The notes under the pieces are model-generated. The model had not been told where the DNA came from and did not search any database. It saw only the letters and a program-made list of their open reading frames with translations. 59,140 nucleotides of DNA from an uncultured virus (IMG/VR IMGVR_UViG_3300030376_007244) (Duplodnaviria; Heunggongvirae; Uroviricota; Caudoviricetes): IMG/VR virus record IMGVR_UViG_3300030376_007244; one strand, given 5' to 3'. Below are positions 25,690 to 35,348 of this stretch, in pieces. The translations under genes and the position numbers were made by a program. Every line of letters starts with the position of its first letter. Positions within the stretch are counted from its first letter, which is position 1.

Positions 25690-26280
25690 ATGGTATTAGA
25701 TAGTTTATTGGCAGGTGTAATGTTGTTCACGTCATTTGCAGCAAGAACACCAAACGTACAACCAAATCCCGATGATTACGAAGTTAGTGTTGGAATAAGT
25801 AATGATAAGTTTTATGCTAACAGACAATGGGAAAGGGAACTTGGAGAGTTCTACATAGATGATTTGTTTTGGGCAAAAATTGATGACGGTGTATATTTTA
25901 AACCAGAATATATGAATAAAGAAAGTCAAGGTGTACGATATCTAAAGATTGATGCAAGACGAAGTTGGAAAGGTATGTCTTTAGGTTTTACAAGTCGTAA
26001 TAGTAATGAGAATGTATTTAGTAAGAACTTCGAAACATTCGTATCCTTTGGTATGTCTAAAAAGAAAACATACTGGGAGAAAGTAGAAGTTGATGTCTCA
26101 TTCGATGGATACTTTCCACCAAGTCAAGAAGAAGGCAGAGACACATTTGAGTTTGAAGATAAATTTAAAGTGTCATACAAGCTTACTGAAAAAATTAGGT
26201 TGTATAATGTAGGCGAAATATCCAAACTTCAAGGCAAAGAATTTTATAAAGCTAAAATAGGAATTGAGGTGAAATTATGA
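25690..26280 (+). CDS. Putative secreted or outer-membrane beta-rich protein
   Basis: Signal peptide, amphipathic beta-strand periodicity, C-terminal 'YKAKIGIEVKL'. Confidence 0.5.
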   Translation: MVLDSLLAGVMLFTSFAARTPNVQPNPDDYEVSVGISNDKFYANRQWERELGEFYIDDLFWAKIDDGVYFKPEYMNKESQGVRYLKIDARRSWKGMSLGFTSRNSNENVFSKNFETFVSFGMSKKKTYWEKVEVDVSFDGYFPPSQEEGRDTFEFEDKFKVSYKLTEKIRLYNVGEISKLQGKEFYKAKIGIEVKL

Positions 26281-26810
26281 AACAAGCAATAGCAATTGCG
26301 GCATGTAGTTTATTTTGCTTTACATCAGGATTATATCTTGGTGTACAAAAAGCAAATGATCGTGTTGCAGAATTAGGTGAACAATATAAGAAGACTGATG
26401 ATAAGGTCGCAGTGTTTACGGATTTGAATAATCCAAAAACAATACAGAGTTATGTCACTCAGTTGAGGCAAATACTAGATGACATTACATTCTTAAGTAA
26501 GCTTATAGAATCTGGTCAGATTGCAGATGAAGCGTTAGCACAAATGAAAAAAGACATAGATGCTAAATTAAATAGAATGGTAACGATAGACGAATTTGCA
26601 TCATCAGTTAACTTAACGCAGTCACGAATGGCAGCAATTGGTGTAGACCTTGATGATCTATACGATATTACAGAAGACATAGACGATAAAGCAGATAAGT
26701 CTGATAAGAAGATCAATAAGCAGTTAGATACTATTCAAAAAGAATTAGACGAAGTTAAAGATCTTCTTAAAACATTTAACAAAAAGAAATTCTTTCACAC
26801 ACATAAATGA
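26277..26810 (+). CDS. Membrane-anchored coiled-coil protein
   Basis: N-terminal hydrophobic segment, then heptad-rich sequence. Confidence 0.65.
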   Translation: MKQAIAIAACSLFCFTSGLYLGVQKANDRVAELGEQYKKTDDKVAVFTDLNNPKTIQSYVTQLRQILDDITFLSKLIESGQIADEALAQMKKDIDAKLNRMVTIDEFASSVNLTQSRMAAIGVDLDDLYDITEDIDDKADKSDKKINKQLDTIQKELDEVKDLLKTFNKKKFFHTHK

Positions 26811-27076
26811 GGTCAACAATGAAATCACTTATTGGTGCAATTGTAGATTTGTTTAAAACTATAATTAGCACACTAACGTATCATTCTGAACAATGGTTCT
26901 GGAGAAATAAAACTAAGCCAAAGGAAGTAAAACATTTTGCAGATGGCTTTCACGAAGGAAGATGGGAAGATGATGAGCCGATTAGAGATATACATGGAAA
27001 GGTATATGATCCTAAAAAGATGAATGATAAACAATATGATTTTGCTGAAGACGATGAGGAAATACTTGGAATTTAG
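26807..27076 (+). CDS. Hypothetical protein
   Basis: ORF track; ATGA overlap. Confidence 0.55.
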   Translation: MRSTMKSLIGAIVDLFKTIISTLTYHSEQWFWRNKTKPKEVKHFADGFHEGRWEDDEPIRDIHGKVYDPKKMNDKQYDFAEDDEEILGI

Positions 27077-27413
27077 TAAGTTACATATGGCAATTGCAGC
27101 ACAGTTTGTTGGTTCAGTGTTTGCGTTTTTTCAATTACAAGGTTGGGTTGTATGGGATAAACCATGGTTAAAGTCAATTTGGTGGATGTATCTAACCAGT
27201 TTGGCAATAGCACCATTATTTTTCTACAGTACAAAATGGTCTTATGAACATTTCGGTGCATTTTGGAACATGCGGTTAGCGGGTTTTGGAATGGGTACTA
27301 TAGTATTTGGTTTACTAGCTTGGATGTTTATTGGAGAAATACCAACATTGAAAACAATGATTAGTGTAATACTAGCAATTGCAATAATATTAATACAAAT
27401 AACAAATCTATAG
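27024..27413 (+). CDS. Four-TM small membrane protein (SMR/DMT-like; start may be further downstream)
   Basis: Four hydrophobic helices; 'FIGEIPTLK' resembles the DMT/SMR C-terminal loop. Confidence 0.55.
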   Translation: MINNMILLKTMRKYLEFSKLHMAIAAQFVGSVFAFFQLQGWVVWDKPWLKSIWWMYLTSLAIAPLFFYSTKWSYEHFGAFWNMRLAGFGMGTIVFGLLAWMFIGEIPTLKTMISVILAIAIILIQITNL

Positions 27414-27424
27414 CGAGGAATAAA

Positions 27425-27709
27425 ATGGATTTTAACAAACTTTCAGAATATGATAAATATATTTTAATGGCATCTAGAAGTGGTAAGATACCAATGACAG
27501 CCACAGGTTTTAATGCATATCGAGATCTAAGGAAGATCATCGAACAATGCTCAAAATCAGATGCACCAACTGTGGAATTTAGAGGTGACACGTTTGAAAC
27601 ACCAATAGACAGACACGAAGCAATTAAACTTTTAGAGGATTGTAACGATATGAGATGGAATCCTAAGCTTCGAAAGCTTTCTAAATTTTTTAATCTTGAG
27701 TTTAAGTGA
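27425..27709 (+). CDS. Hypothetical protein
   Basis: SD GAGG; ORF track. Confidence 0.65.
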   Translation: MDFNKLSEYDKYILMASRSGKIPMTATGFNAYRDLRKIIEQCSKSDAPTVEFRGDTFETPIDRHEAIKLLEDCNDMRWNPKLRKLSKFFNLEFK

Positions 27710-27788
27710 CATTATGACAAATTGTTTGCCAATATGGGGAAACATAATGCCATTTTGTCATACTAATATTAATGGTACGGTTTTTTCC
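27707..27788 (+). promoter_or_regulatory. TG(A/C)CA inverted-repeat operator plus sigma54-like promoter upstream of hsp20
   Basis: TGACATTATGACA (27707-19) and TGCCATTTTGTCA (27748-60) form an imperfect inverted repeat; TGGTACG-GTTT-TTTC at 27773-87. Confidence 0.55.
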
Positions 27789-27860
27789 TTATATAATATG
27801 AGTACGCTAAATGGTTAGGTATTCAAGTTAGTTCATAAGAATAACATAAGGAGAAAAACA

Positions 27861-28331
27861 ATGAGCTTAGTAAGATACACCAGTTTTCCTGGTATTAATC
27901 GTGAGAATTTTTTAACACCATTCGACAGACTATTTGACAGTATGTTTGAAGAGAACTTTCCAGAAGTTGCAAAAACTGTTGGTGTTAATCCATTTTCGGG
28001 AACAGCATATCCAAAAGTTAATGTATACGAATACGACGATAAAGTTGGTGTTGTTGCAGAGATTCCTGGAATCGATAAAAAGAACCTCGAGGTAGAGGTT
28101 GAAGAAGGTGTTATGACTATCAAAGGAAGTAAACATGGTTTTGATGAAGATACTGAAGCAACAGTTTTGAGAAGAGAACTGAAGCATTCTGCATTCGAAC
28201 GTAAGTTTACACTTGGCGATTCACTAGATGGTGATAACATAAGTGCTAATTTTAAAGATGGTATTCTGTCTATCGAGATTCCAAAGTTCGAAGAGACAGT
28301 GCCAAAAAAGAACTTCGTTAAGATAAGTTAG
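27861..28331 (+). CDS. Small heat-shock protein Hsp20 / alpha-crystallin
   Basis: 'PKVNVYE...AEIPGIDK..LEVEV...RRE...FERKFTL...ISANFKDGILSIEIPK'. Confidence 0.93.
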   Translation: MSLVRYTSFPGINRENFLTPFDRLFDSMFEENFPEVAKTVGVNPFSGTAYPKVNVYEYDDKVGVVAEIPGIDKKNLEVEVEEGVMTIKGSKHGFDEDTEATVLRRELKHSAFERKFTLGDSLDGDNISANFKDGILSIEIPKFEETVPKKNFVKIS

Positions 28332-28400
28332 GTTATATGTTTATTTCAAGAGAAGAGGTGATTTTCCGTTTCTTACACTGTGAATTAAGGAAAACGGGAA

Positions 28401-28616
28401 TTGTGTGTAGGCTTAGGGTGGCTTCACTTGAATAAACGACTCATCAAGGTTGGAGACAATATGTACTATCTATTAGGTAGGATGATTGTCTCCGGCGTTG
28501 AAGAGAAAGGCATGGATCATTGGAAACGATGTTGGAGTGCAGATACAGTCCTTAGAAATGGTGACAGCTATTACTTCTGTAGAGACATAATTATAGCTGA
28601 ATATCAGGACTTATAA
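28401..28616 (+). CDS. Hypothetical protein (start uncertain)
   Basis: ORF track. Confidence 0.5.
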   Translation: MCVGLGWLHLNKRLIKVGDNMYYLLGRMIVSGVEEKGMDHWKRCWSADTVLRNGDSYYFCRDIIIAEYQDL

Positions 28617-28618
28617 TC

Positions 28619-29509
28619 ATGGAATTTATAAACTCTAAAATATTTCCTTATATGGTAGCAATTGCTGCTGGTGCTGTAGCATTTAGCGCAGCATTTTTCT
28701 CTGTATTTGGATTATCAAAATTATTTGCCGGCGCACAAACGAGTGTGGTGATCATGGCTGGAAGCCTTGAATTTGCTAAATTAGTAACTGCCTCGTTTCT
28801 TTACAGATACTGGAAGACGGTACCCGCGTTCTTAAGAACCTATTTACTTGTCGGCACAATTGTTCTTATTATGATAACTTCTGCTGGTATATTTGGCTAT
28901 CTGTCAAATGCATATCAAGGAGCTACAACTGGATTTGAAAAGCAATCAACATCACTGATCTTTAAAGAAGACCAATTACAACAAGTAAAGGATGATCAGA
29001 TTTTTCTAAAACAAGAAATGGAAGATGCTATTCAAGAATTACCAGATAATTACAGAACAGCAAGAAAGAAACTTAGAGAAGATTATCAACCACAGATTAA
29101 CGAATTAAACGTTAAATCGTTAGAATTAAAGCAAGAGATAGGTGATCTTAAGATTGCACTAGTTGAAACTGGTGTTGATGTTGGACCAGCGATTTACTTG
29201 GCTAGAGTATTCAATACTGAAATAGATACAGTTGTAAAGTTCTTCATATTCATATTGGTATTCGTGTTTGATCCATTAGCAGTATCATTAGTCATAGCTG
29301 CAAGCATGGCCTTTGAGCTGGCAGCAGGAGCACCAGCACCTGTTAAGAAACAACATAAGAATAAAAAACGTTGGTGGGAAATGTACAAAGAAGGCGAAAA
29401 ACCACCTACAGCTCATGAGTTAATGATGGGTAAAAAGGAAGAAGAATCAAAAGAAGCAGTTGTAATGAAAGGTGGAGTAGACTTACGAAAATTAAAAAAG
29501 GAAGATTAA
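28619..29509 (+). CDS. Multi-TM plus coiled-coil membrane protein typical of T4-like phages
   Basis: 'AAFFSVFGL...LEFAKLVTA...ITSAGIFGYLS...VGPAIYLA...FVFDPLAV'. Confidence 0.7.
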   Translation: MEFINSKIFPYMVAIAAGAVAFSAAFFSVFGLSKLFAGAQTSVVIMAGSLEFAKLVTASFLYRYWKTVPAFLRTYLLVGTIVLIMITSAGIFGYLSNAYQGATTGFEKQSTSLIFKEDQLQQVKDDQIFLKQEMEDAIQELPDNYRTARKKLREDYQPQINELNVKSLELKQEIGDLKIALVETGVDVGPAIYLARVFNTEIDTVVKFFIFILVFVFDPLAVSLVIAASMAFELAAGAPAPVKKQHKNKKRWWEMYKEGEKPPTAHELMMGKKEEESKEAVVMKGGVDLRKLKKED

Positions 29510-29580
29510 CAACCAGAAATATATTCATATTTAGCTCTAAATGATATAGTTACTAACAATTTAAATGAAGGATAACGAGT

Positions 29581-30342
29581 ATGATGAGTCCTAGATTACA
29601 TAATGGTTATGAGCAAAATGGTCGCGTATACAAATCACCTGTAGGCCAAATTCCAAAGATAGTAAACAATTTCAAACCACTAACTGACAATCAAAAACTG
29701 TTCTTTCAAAAGATGAGCGACTTTAAAACTCAACTTATTCTGTGTCATGGAATAGCTGGTACTGGAAAAACTTATGTATCTATTTACAAAGCTTTACAGG
29801 ATGTATTAAGAAGGGGAACCCCATACAACAAACTAATGATAATCAATCCGACAGTTGATGTAGGAAATGAAGATAAGTTAGGTTTTCTACCTGGTGAATT
29901 GGATAAAAAAATACAACAGTACAACGAATCAACATTTACTATACTAGATAACATAGTTGGAAAGGAAAAAGCTAAGAAGCTTATTACTGATGGTAAGGTT
30001 GAAATTGGTGTATTGAATTTTTTAAGAGGTGTTAATTTGGAAAATTGTTATGTTATATTAGATGAAGCTCAAAACGTTTCACCAATGCAGATAAAAACTC
30101 TGATGACGAGAATATCTCACGATTGTAAAATGATAATACAAGGAGACATGTCTCAATGCGACAAGTACAAAAACAATGGTGTTATGGATTACGAGAGAAG
30201 TGGGTTCTATGATGTATGGTTTAGACTTAAAGAAATAGAAGGTGTAGATCATATGGCATTTACAAGAGATGATTGCATCAGGCATCCATTAGTAAAGCGT
30301 ATTCTTAAAACGTATGAGGACGAGCACGAAATACAACTTTGA
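29581..30342 (+). CDS. phoH: PhoH-family ATPase
   Basis: 'GIAGTGKT...LGFLPG...FLRG...ILDEAQN...GDMSQCD...RHPLV'. Confidence 0.93.
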   Translation: MMSPRLHNGYEQNGRVYKSPVGQIPKIVNNFKPLTDNQKLFFQKMSDFKTQLILCHGIAGTGKTYVSIYKALQDVLRRGTPYNKLMIINPTVDVGNEDKLGFLPGELDKKIQQYNESTFTILDNIVGKEKAKKLITDGKVEIGVLNFLRGVNLENCYVILDEAQNVSPMQIKTLMTRISHDCKMIIQGDMSQCDKYKNNGVMDYERSGFYDVWFRLKEIEGVDHMAFTRDDCIRHPLVKRILKTYEDEHEIQL

Positions 30343-30364
30343 AAAAAAACGCATTTTTTTAAAA

Positions 30365-30404
30365 AAAAGCATGTACATTAACCGGGTAAGTCGTGTAGAT
30401 TCTA
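30365..30404 (+). promoter_or_regulatory. Putative early promoter, copy 7
   Basis: TGTACA-N18-TAGATT. 30342-30385 matches 21702-21745 at 43 of 44 nt. Confidence 0.75.
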
Positions 30405-30428
30405 ATATAACAAATAAGAGGTTACTAA

Positions 30429-30707
30429 ATGACAATAATAGAACAAGTCAACAACATGAATATAGACGATTTGAGGATGCTAAATAAATTAGCTGTCAGT
30501 CGTATTAATGATTTAACTGCTAGCTTAAGATTCAACTTTAAGAAAGGTGATCTAGTCACAGTTAAGATGAATGGTAGATCTACTGCACCTGGTGTGGTTG
30601 AGAAAGTTATGCGTAAGAACGTGCAAGTTAAGGTTATGAATGAAGACGGTTTAATCAGAGGTATTTACAATTGTACCCCAACCCTATTAACTAAGAGGAG
30701 TAAGTAA
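30429..30707 (+). CDS. Small early protein with SH3/KOW-like beta domain
   Basis: 'FKKGDLVTV...GVVEKVMRKNVQVK'. Confidence 0.65.
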   Translation: MTIIEQVNNMNIDDLRMLNKLAVSRINDLTASLRFNFKKGDLVTVKMNGRSTAPGVVEKVMRKNVQVKVMNEDGLIRGIYNCTPTLLTKRSK

Positions 30708-31186
30708 TGAATCAAGAAGCTACATTTAAAAAGAATGGTGGTTACTTCGTAGATGGAGTAGCATATATGGATTGTAGAGAAACAGGAGAACCAGTTGCAA
30801 ATGTAAGTTTAGGTTCTGTATCTGTTATGGGTAGTAGAGCTTTGCTTCATAGATGCCTATCATTGATGCCAGAAGATGAACGCAATAGATTGTTTTCTAG
30901 TACAAGTAGAACTGCTAGTACTGGTAGGCCAAGAGGTTGGAGATGGAGAAAAGAATTTGTAGATTCAGATGGTACAGTGTTTCACAAAGGTGTTGAACAA
31001 CCTAAGTTGAAGGGTACTCTACCTCCAACTGATGTAAATGCAATCAAACAAAAGCAGCAGTCTAGAAAGGCGAAAGCAAAGAAAGCCGAGCATAAGAAGT
31101 TGTTAAAGATGGCGGCAGAAAAGAAGGAATTGAAAAAGGCAATTGAAGCTCAGAAAGATTTCTTAGATCACAAGGCAGGTAAGTAA
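30707..31186 (+). CDS. Hypothetical basic protein
   Basis: TAATG coupling; 'GRPRGWRWRKEFVD.DG.VFHKGVEQP'. Confidence 0.7.
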   Translation: MNQEATFKKNGGYFVDGVAYMDCRETGEPVANVSLGSVSVMGSRALLHRCLSLMPEDERNRLFSSTSRTASTGRPRGWRWRKEFVDSDGTVFHKGVEQPKLKGTLPPTDVNAIKQKQQSRKAKAKKAEHKKLLKMAAEKKELKKAIEAQKDFLDHKAGK

Positions 31187-31368
31187 TGGATAGAAAAACA
31201 CAGTTAAAGAACCAAAGCGATTTCTCAATCTATGGTGTATTCAGATTTACTGCATATCTGTTATCATCGATAGCATTGTATATGGGTAACCTACAAGTTG
31301 CTGGAATAGCATTAGGGTTTGGAGCTACATTAGGTTTCATTCGTAGAATCGCAAGGATATGGGAATAA
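31186..31368 (+). CDS. Small membrane protein
   Basis: Two hydrophobic segments; TAATG coupling. Confidence 0.6.
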   Translation: MDRKTQLKNQSDFSIYGVFRFTAYLLSSIALYMGNLQVAGIALGFGATLGFIRRIARIWE

Positions 31369-31556
31369 TGACTAAAAAGAAATGGTTAGAAGAAAAGATT
31401 ATGTGTGATGAATGGGGACGTCCGCCAAGTTTGGCTGATGTTCCACTCACCATAATGAAAAGAAAAGATGCACTCATCAAACAGGGTGGGGACACTAAAT
31501 CTATTAACGAACTTTGGAACTCAGTAAAGGAGAATTACAATGTCAAAGAAAAATAA
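31359..31556 (+). CDS. Hypothetical protein
   Basis: ORF track. Confidence 0.55.
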   Translation: MGIMTKKKWLEEKIMCDEWGRPPSLADVPLTIMKRKDALIKQGGDTKSINELWNSVKENYNVKEK

Positions 31557-31776
31557 AAAGACTGAAGTCTGGGGTGGGTACAAAGTGTACACCTTGGAAG
31601 ATGGTACTAGTTTTTTAGCTAAGGATGATAAAGATGCTGAACTTTACAAAAAGAAAGTAGCAGGCTTTACGGTAAATGGGTAGTTTAATATGGGTTTTAG
31701 CAATCTGTCTAATAGCCGTATCGACTGATGTTGTTGATTGGTTAGCTGACAAAATAGAAGGAAAATTCAGAGATAA

Positions 31777-32406
31777 ATGAAACAAGTAATCAATTGTTTA
31801 AAGCACGATAATCCTGTTATAAAGAAAAAGTTACGAGAAGTTACAGTTGAAGAAGGAATGGAAATTGCGACAGAGTTATTTAACATACTTAATAAACGAG
31901 GTGATGGAATCGGTTTGGCCGCTAATCAAGTTGGGATTGATGCGAACGTTGCCGTGGTTAATGTTAGGGAGCCTCTTATTTTAATAAACCCTAAAATCAT
32001 TTCAAAGGAAGTTGAGATAGATTTTTACGAAGGATGTTTATCATATCCTGGAAAAGGAGTTAGAACAAAGAGGTACAGAGATGTAGTTATATCTACAGAT
32101 CAATCAGAAAGTGATTGGTATTTTAGTGGAGCTGCTTCAGCTACAGATGGAAAGGGTAGTTGGGAACAAGGAGATGCAGACGATGAGCAAATAAGACTAT
32201 TAGAATCTGTGTGCGTTCAACACGAAATAGATCATCTAAATGGTATTGTTTGTATGGACAGAAAAATAAATACAACATACGTAGCAGAAAAGAAAATTGG
32301 TAGAAATCATTTGGTTACCATAAAAAAAGGCGAAGCAGTTAAAGTAATGAAGTATAAGAAAGTGAAGAAATTTTTAAATGATGGATGGGAATTAAGTGCA
32401 ACGTAA
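31777..32406 (+). CDS. def: Peptide deformylase
   Basis: All three motifs present: GIGLAANQVG, EGCLS, QHEIDHLNG. Confidence 0.95.
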   Translation: MKQVINCLKHDNPVIKKKLREVTVEEGMEIATELFNILNKRGDGIGLAANQVGIDANVAVVNVREPLILINPKIISKEVEIDFYEGCLSYPGKGVRTKRYRDVVISTDQSESDWYFSGAASATDGKGSWEQGDADDEQIRLLESVCVQHEIDHLNGIVCMDRKINTTYVAEKKIGRNHLVTIKKGEAVKVMKYKKVKKFLNDGWELSAT

Positions 32407-32776
32407 TTTGTCAGACGAAGAAAAGATTAATTATATCATTGTTGGTATATGTATTGGTCTAATGATGGGAATATTCATTGGCATATCACTTGATACCTGG
32501 ACATTGGTAAACACATTGGGGTTATAATGGAAGAAACATTATTAGATAAGTTTATGCGAGTATTTGTTTACTTGGTATTGCTACCAACTGGAACAGCAAT
32601 TGCCTGGTATGGACTATATAAATTTGTGAGTTTTGTATGGGTGATTGGGATAAAGTAGAAAAAAAGAAAAGAGTTGCGACTCAACAAGATATACAAATGC
32701 TATATCTTAAGATGATTCTTTGGATAGTGGGAGGTCTTGCTTATTTTTATTTCATAATAATGGGATGGCATTTATA

Positions 32777-32896
32777 GTGAGCAAGAATAAAAAGAAACAC
32801 TCAAATGCAGGAAAAGGAGATAAGAGTCGTGTATCAAATAAAAAAAAGTACGATGAAAATTGGGACAAAATTTTTAAAAAACAAAATAAGGACTGA
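32777..32896 (+). CDS. Tiny basic protein (39 aa)
   Basis: MSKNKKKHSNAGKGDKSRVSNKKKYDENWDKIFKKQNKD; the GKGDKxR...NWDxIF pattern is familiar from aquatic phage micro-ORFs. Confidence 0.55.
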   Translation: MSKNKKKHSNAGKGDKSRVSNKKKYDENWDKIFKKQNKD

Positions 32897-32904
32897 ACCA
32901 GTAT

Positions 32905-33843
32905 ATGAATATTGTATACGAAAATACTAGAAACGTTGAACTAAATAATAGAAACAAACCGATTAATAGTTGGATGGAAGACTGGACATTAGACGAAAGA
33001 AAAGAAAAGTTTTTTGAATTTTGTAGAGTGTTTGATAAGCGTGAAGATGATTTGCTAAAAGAGGATTATCAAATATTCTCTCATAGACTTCATTGGCATG
33101 AACACCCATACTGCGATGAGATGAGAAACGTAGATGATTTACATAAGCGAATATGGTACACAATGGTGTTCTCATTTAGTAATGAACATTGGTTAACATT
33201 TAAAACATTAAAAGATCAGGGAATAGAATCGTTGAGAGAAAGGTTTGTAACAGAACGACATGCTCGTAGTGATCTATTTCAAATATATTATCCTAAAGGT
33301 ACAAACGTTAGAGAATGGTTATTGTCTGGTCCTAAGAAGTGTGCAGATGATATGGTACATGTATTGGAAAGCAGAGATAAACAATGGACAATGATGGAAT
33401 TAGCTAAAGTGTTTTGTGATTACTTTAAGGAGAACCAAGGTTTTAGAGCACCAATGTATCCATGTAAGAATTTTGCTAGGTACATGGCCATGACGTGGCC
33501 ACAAGATTATGATCCAGAATCTGTACTATTTGGTGGTACAGGTCATTTTGATGGATTGCATCAGATATTTGGTGGTAAGAATTTAATGAATAAAGTTAAA
33601 TATGATATAGACAATGATGGTCAATTTATTCCAGCAAACTATAATGCGGAGTTATGGTTGCAGCAAATGGATGAATTAATATCGGATAGTAGGAATCCAA
33701 TGGTGGAACAAAAATTCCTAAACGTTGAGGATAAGACCTGTTTTTTCTATAAACATATAGCTATAAATCACGGAGTAAAGAGTCCAACTAAGCGAATACC
33801 GTACGAGTGGATATTTCCTAGTGATTTTAGTCTCAAAGATTAA
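32905..33843 (+). CDS. Second putative aGPT-Pplase / 5-hmdU-DNA-kinase-helical-like protein
   Basis: 'FFEFC...DDLLKEDYQIFSHR...WYTMVFSFSNE', 'LFGGTGHFDGL', C-terminal 'NVEDKTCFFYK'; architecture parallels 19428-20588. Confidence 0.45.
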   Translation: MNIVYENTRNVELNNRNKPINSWMEDWTLDERKEKFFEFCRVFDKREDDLLKEDYQIFSHRLHWHEHPYCDEMRNVDDLHKRIWYTMVFSFSNEHWLTFKTLKDQGIESLRERFVTERHARSDLFQIYYPKGTNVREWLLSGPKKCADDMVHVLESRDKQWTMMELAKVFCDYFKENQGFRAPMYPCKNFARYMAMTWPQDYDPESVLFGGTGHFDGLHQIFGGKNLMNKVKYDIDNDGQFIPANYNAELWLQQMDELISDSRNPMVEQKFLNVEDKTCFFYKHIAINHGVKSPTKRIPYEWIFPSDFSLKD

Positions 33844-33855
33844 TATTTATAGTAT

Positions 33856-34296
33856 ATGAAAAGAGGCATTCTACATATCAAGACTAACGTCAATTCTTCA
33901 TTCAAGGATGTTAAATCTGCATTCGTTGATAGGGATGGGGAGTTGTTGAAATACTTGTGCCCGAATGGAACGAAGGTTGTTCACCATAAGGGTATAAGAA
34001 GGGGTGCCGTTACAAAAATAGATTTTTTTGGGGACATTGTAAAGTTCAAAGTTGTTGGATACAAAACTTCTAAATCTGATTTATTTTTTAACGATATACT
34101 GGTTGATGGAAACTTTTTAGGTATAAAGTTTTGGTCTCATAGGCACAAGCTTAAATCAGTATCAGACGAAAAAACAATGATAGAGGACGAAGTAACGTTT
34201 ACAACAAAGAACGCAGTTATGGATTGGCTTCTTCACTTTTGTTTATTTGTTTCGTTTGTTACACGAAAATTAAAGTACAAAAAATTCTTTAAATAG
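33856..34296 (+). CDS. SRPBCC/START-like protein
   Basis: 'FNDILVDG...FWSHRHKL...TMIEDEVTF'. Confidence 0.6.
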   Translation: MKRGILHIKTNVNSSFKDVKSAFVDRDGELLKYLCPNGTKVVHHKGIRRGAVTKIDFFGDIVKFKVVGYKTSKSDLFFNDILVDGNFLGIKFWSHRHKLKSVSDEKTMIEDEVTFTTKNAVMDWLLHFCLFVSFVTRKLKYKKFFK

Positions 34297-34306
34297 GAGA
34301 TCAAGC

Positions 34307-34537
34307 ATGGCTAATAAATCATGGCCCGAGGAACGAGCCGACATCGCGGTATGGTTATCTGGATTTTTAGGTATCTATAAAAAATGGGTAGATAAGATTC
34401 TAGACAACGACGATGTAGAGGTTAATAAGGTTAAAATAATAGAACTGTTAGAAGAGTGGATTGGTAAATTGGAAGAGATCAAACTAAAGATAATAAAAAT
34501 GCCAGACACTCCTAAACAAGAAAGTAACGATATATAG
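34307..34537 (+). CDS. Hypothetical protein
   Basis: SD AGGAG. Confidence 0.65.
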   Translation: MANKSWPEERADIAVWLSGFLGIYKKWVDKILDNDDVEVNKVKIIELLEEWIGKLEEIKLKIIKMPDTPKQESNDI

Positions 34538-34541
34538 ATAT

Positions 34542-34880
34542 ATGAGCAAGATTAACGAAGTCGCATCTAATTCTGCAAATTATGGAGCAGACAGTGGTGA
34601 ACCAGATACAGGATGGTTACCAGGTGGGGATGTACGTACTTTGGGTTTTGAATCTGGTAAGCCTGAGCCTTGGTATCATCAAGGACAATATGAGCAGGTT
34701 GATTTTCCAGTTGCATCGTTTATATATGGATCGAAAAAGGAAGATAGTAAGTTGGCGTATAAAGTACAAAAACAAACTAAGGTTGTTGATATGGATAGTG
34801 TTATTAAGGACTTAGATCTTGAAATAGAAGAACTAATGACTAACACCGAAATAATGTATAAGGATATAAAGCGTGGTTAA
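34542..34880 (+). CDS. Hypothetical protein
   Basis: ORF track. Confidence 0.6.
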   Translation: MSKINEVASNSANYGADSGEPDTGWLPGGDVRTLGFESGKPEPWYHQGQYEQVDFPVASFIYGSKKEDSKLAYKVQKQTKVVDMDSVIKDLDLEIEELMTNTEIMYKDIKRG

Positions 34881-35097
34881 TAGAATATTAGATTGGGAAA
34901 TGTTTGTTTTAGAAACTAGATTGTTATATGATAAGCACAAAGATTTGTTGGAAGAAGTAGCTGAAAAGCCAGTAGATTTTCCTTCAGAATGTAAGAACAT
35001 GTTCTTAGCTCTGTTGCATGATTATCATGTAGGAATGGAGAGTGGGAGCAAAGAAAAAGTAGTAAAAAACTTTGGTTTTGAAATAGCGGAGGCATAA
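34873..35097 (+). CDS. Hypothetical protein
   Basis: ORF track; GTG start after AAGGA. Confidence 0.55.
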   Translation: MVNRILDWEMFVLETRLLYDKHKDLLEEVAEKPVDFPSECKNMFLALLHDYHVGMESGSKEKVVKNFGFEIAEA

Positions 35098-35195
35098 TAA
35101 TGCATATAATTTTACCGTATGGTTACGATGAAAAATGTACAACTGTAAGTCAGTCTTTACCGTATTTAAGGGCAACCGAGACGGAGACCTACATC

Positions 35196-35348
35196 ATGAA
35201 AAAAGAAGATATAATATTACGTTTAGAATCAGCCCTAGAGAATAAAGATTGGGCAGATATTGAACTTTTATTGGAAGATCTACAACTTGACGATGAAGAC
35301 ATCGATGAAGATTATTTTTCAGACACCATGTGGGGTGGCGAGGGGTAG
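35196..35348 (+). CDS. Small acidic protein
   Basis: Start moved to ATG 35196 after GGAG; in frame with the track ORF at 35100. Confidence 0.5.
   Translation: MKKEDIILRLESALENKDWADIELLLEDLQLDDEDIDEDYFSDTMWGGEG

Noticed and set aside
35131..35170. AAAAATGTACA as a ninth early promoter
   Set aside because: Lacks the GC before ATGTAC and has no TAGATT at 17-18 nt spacing.
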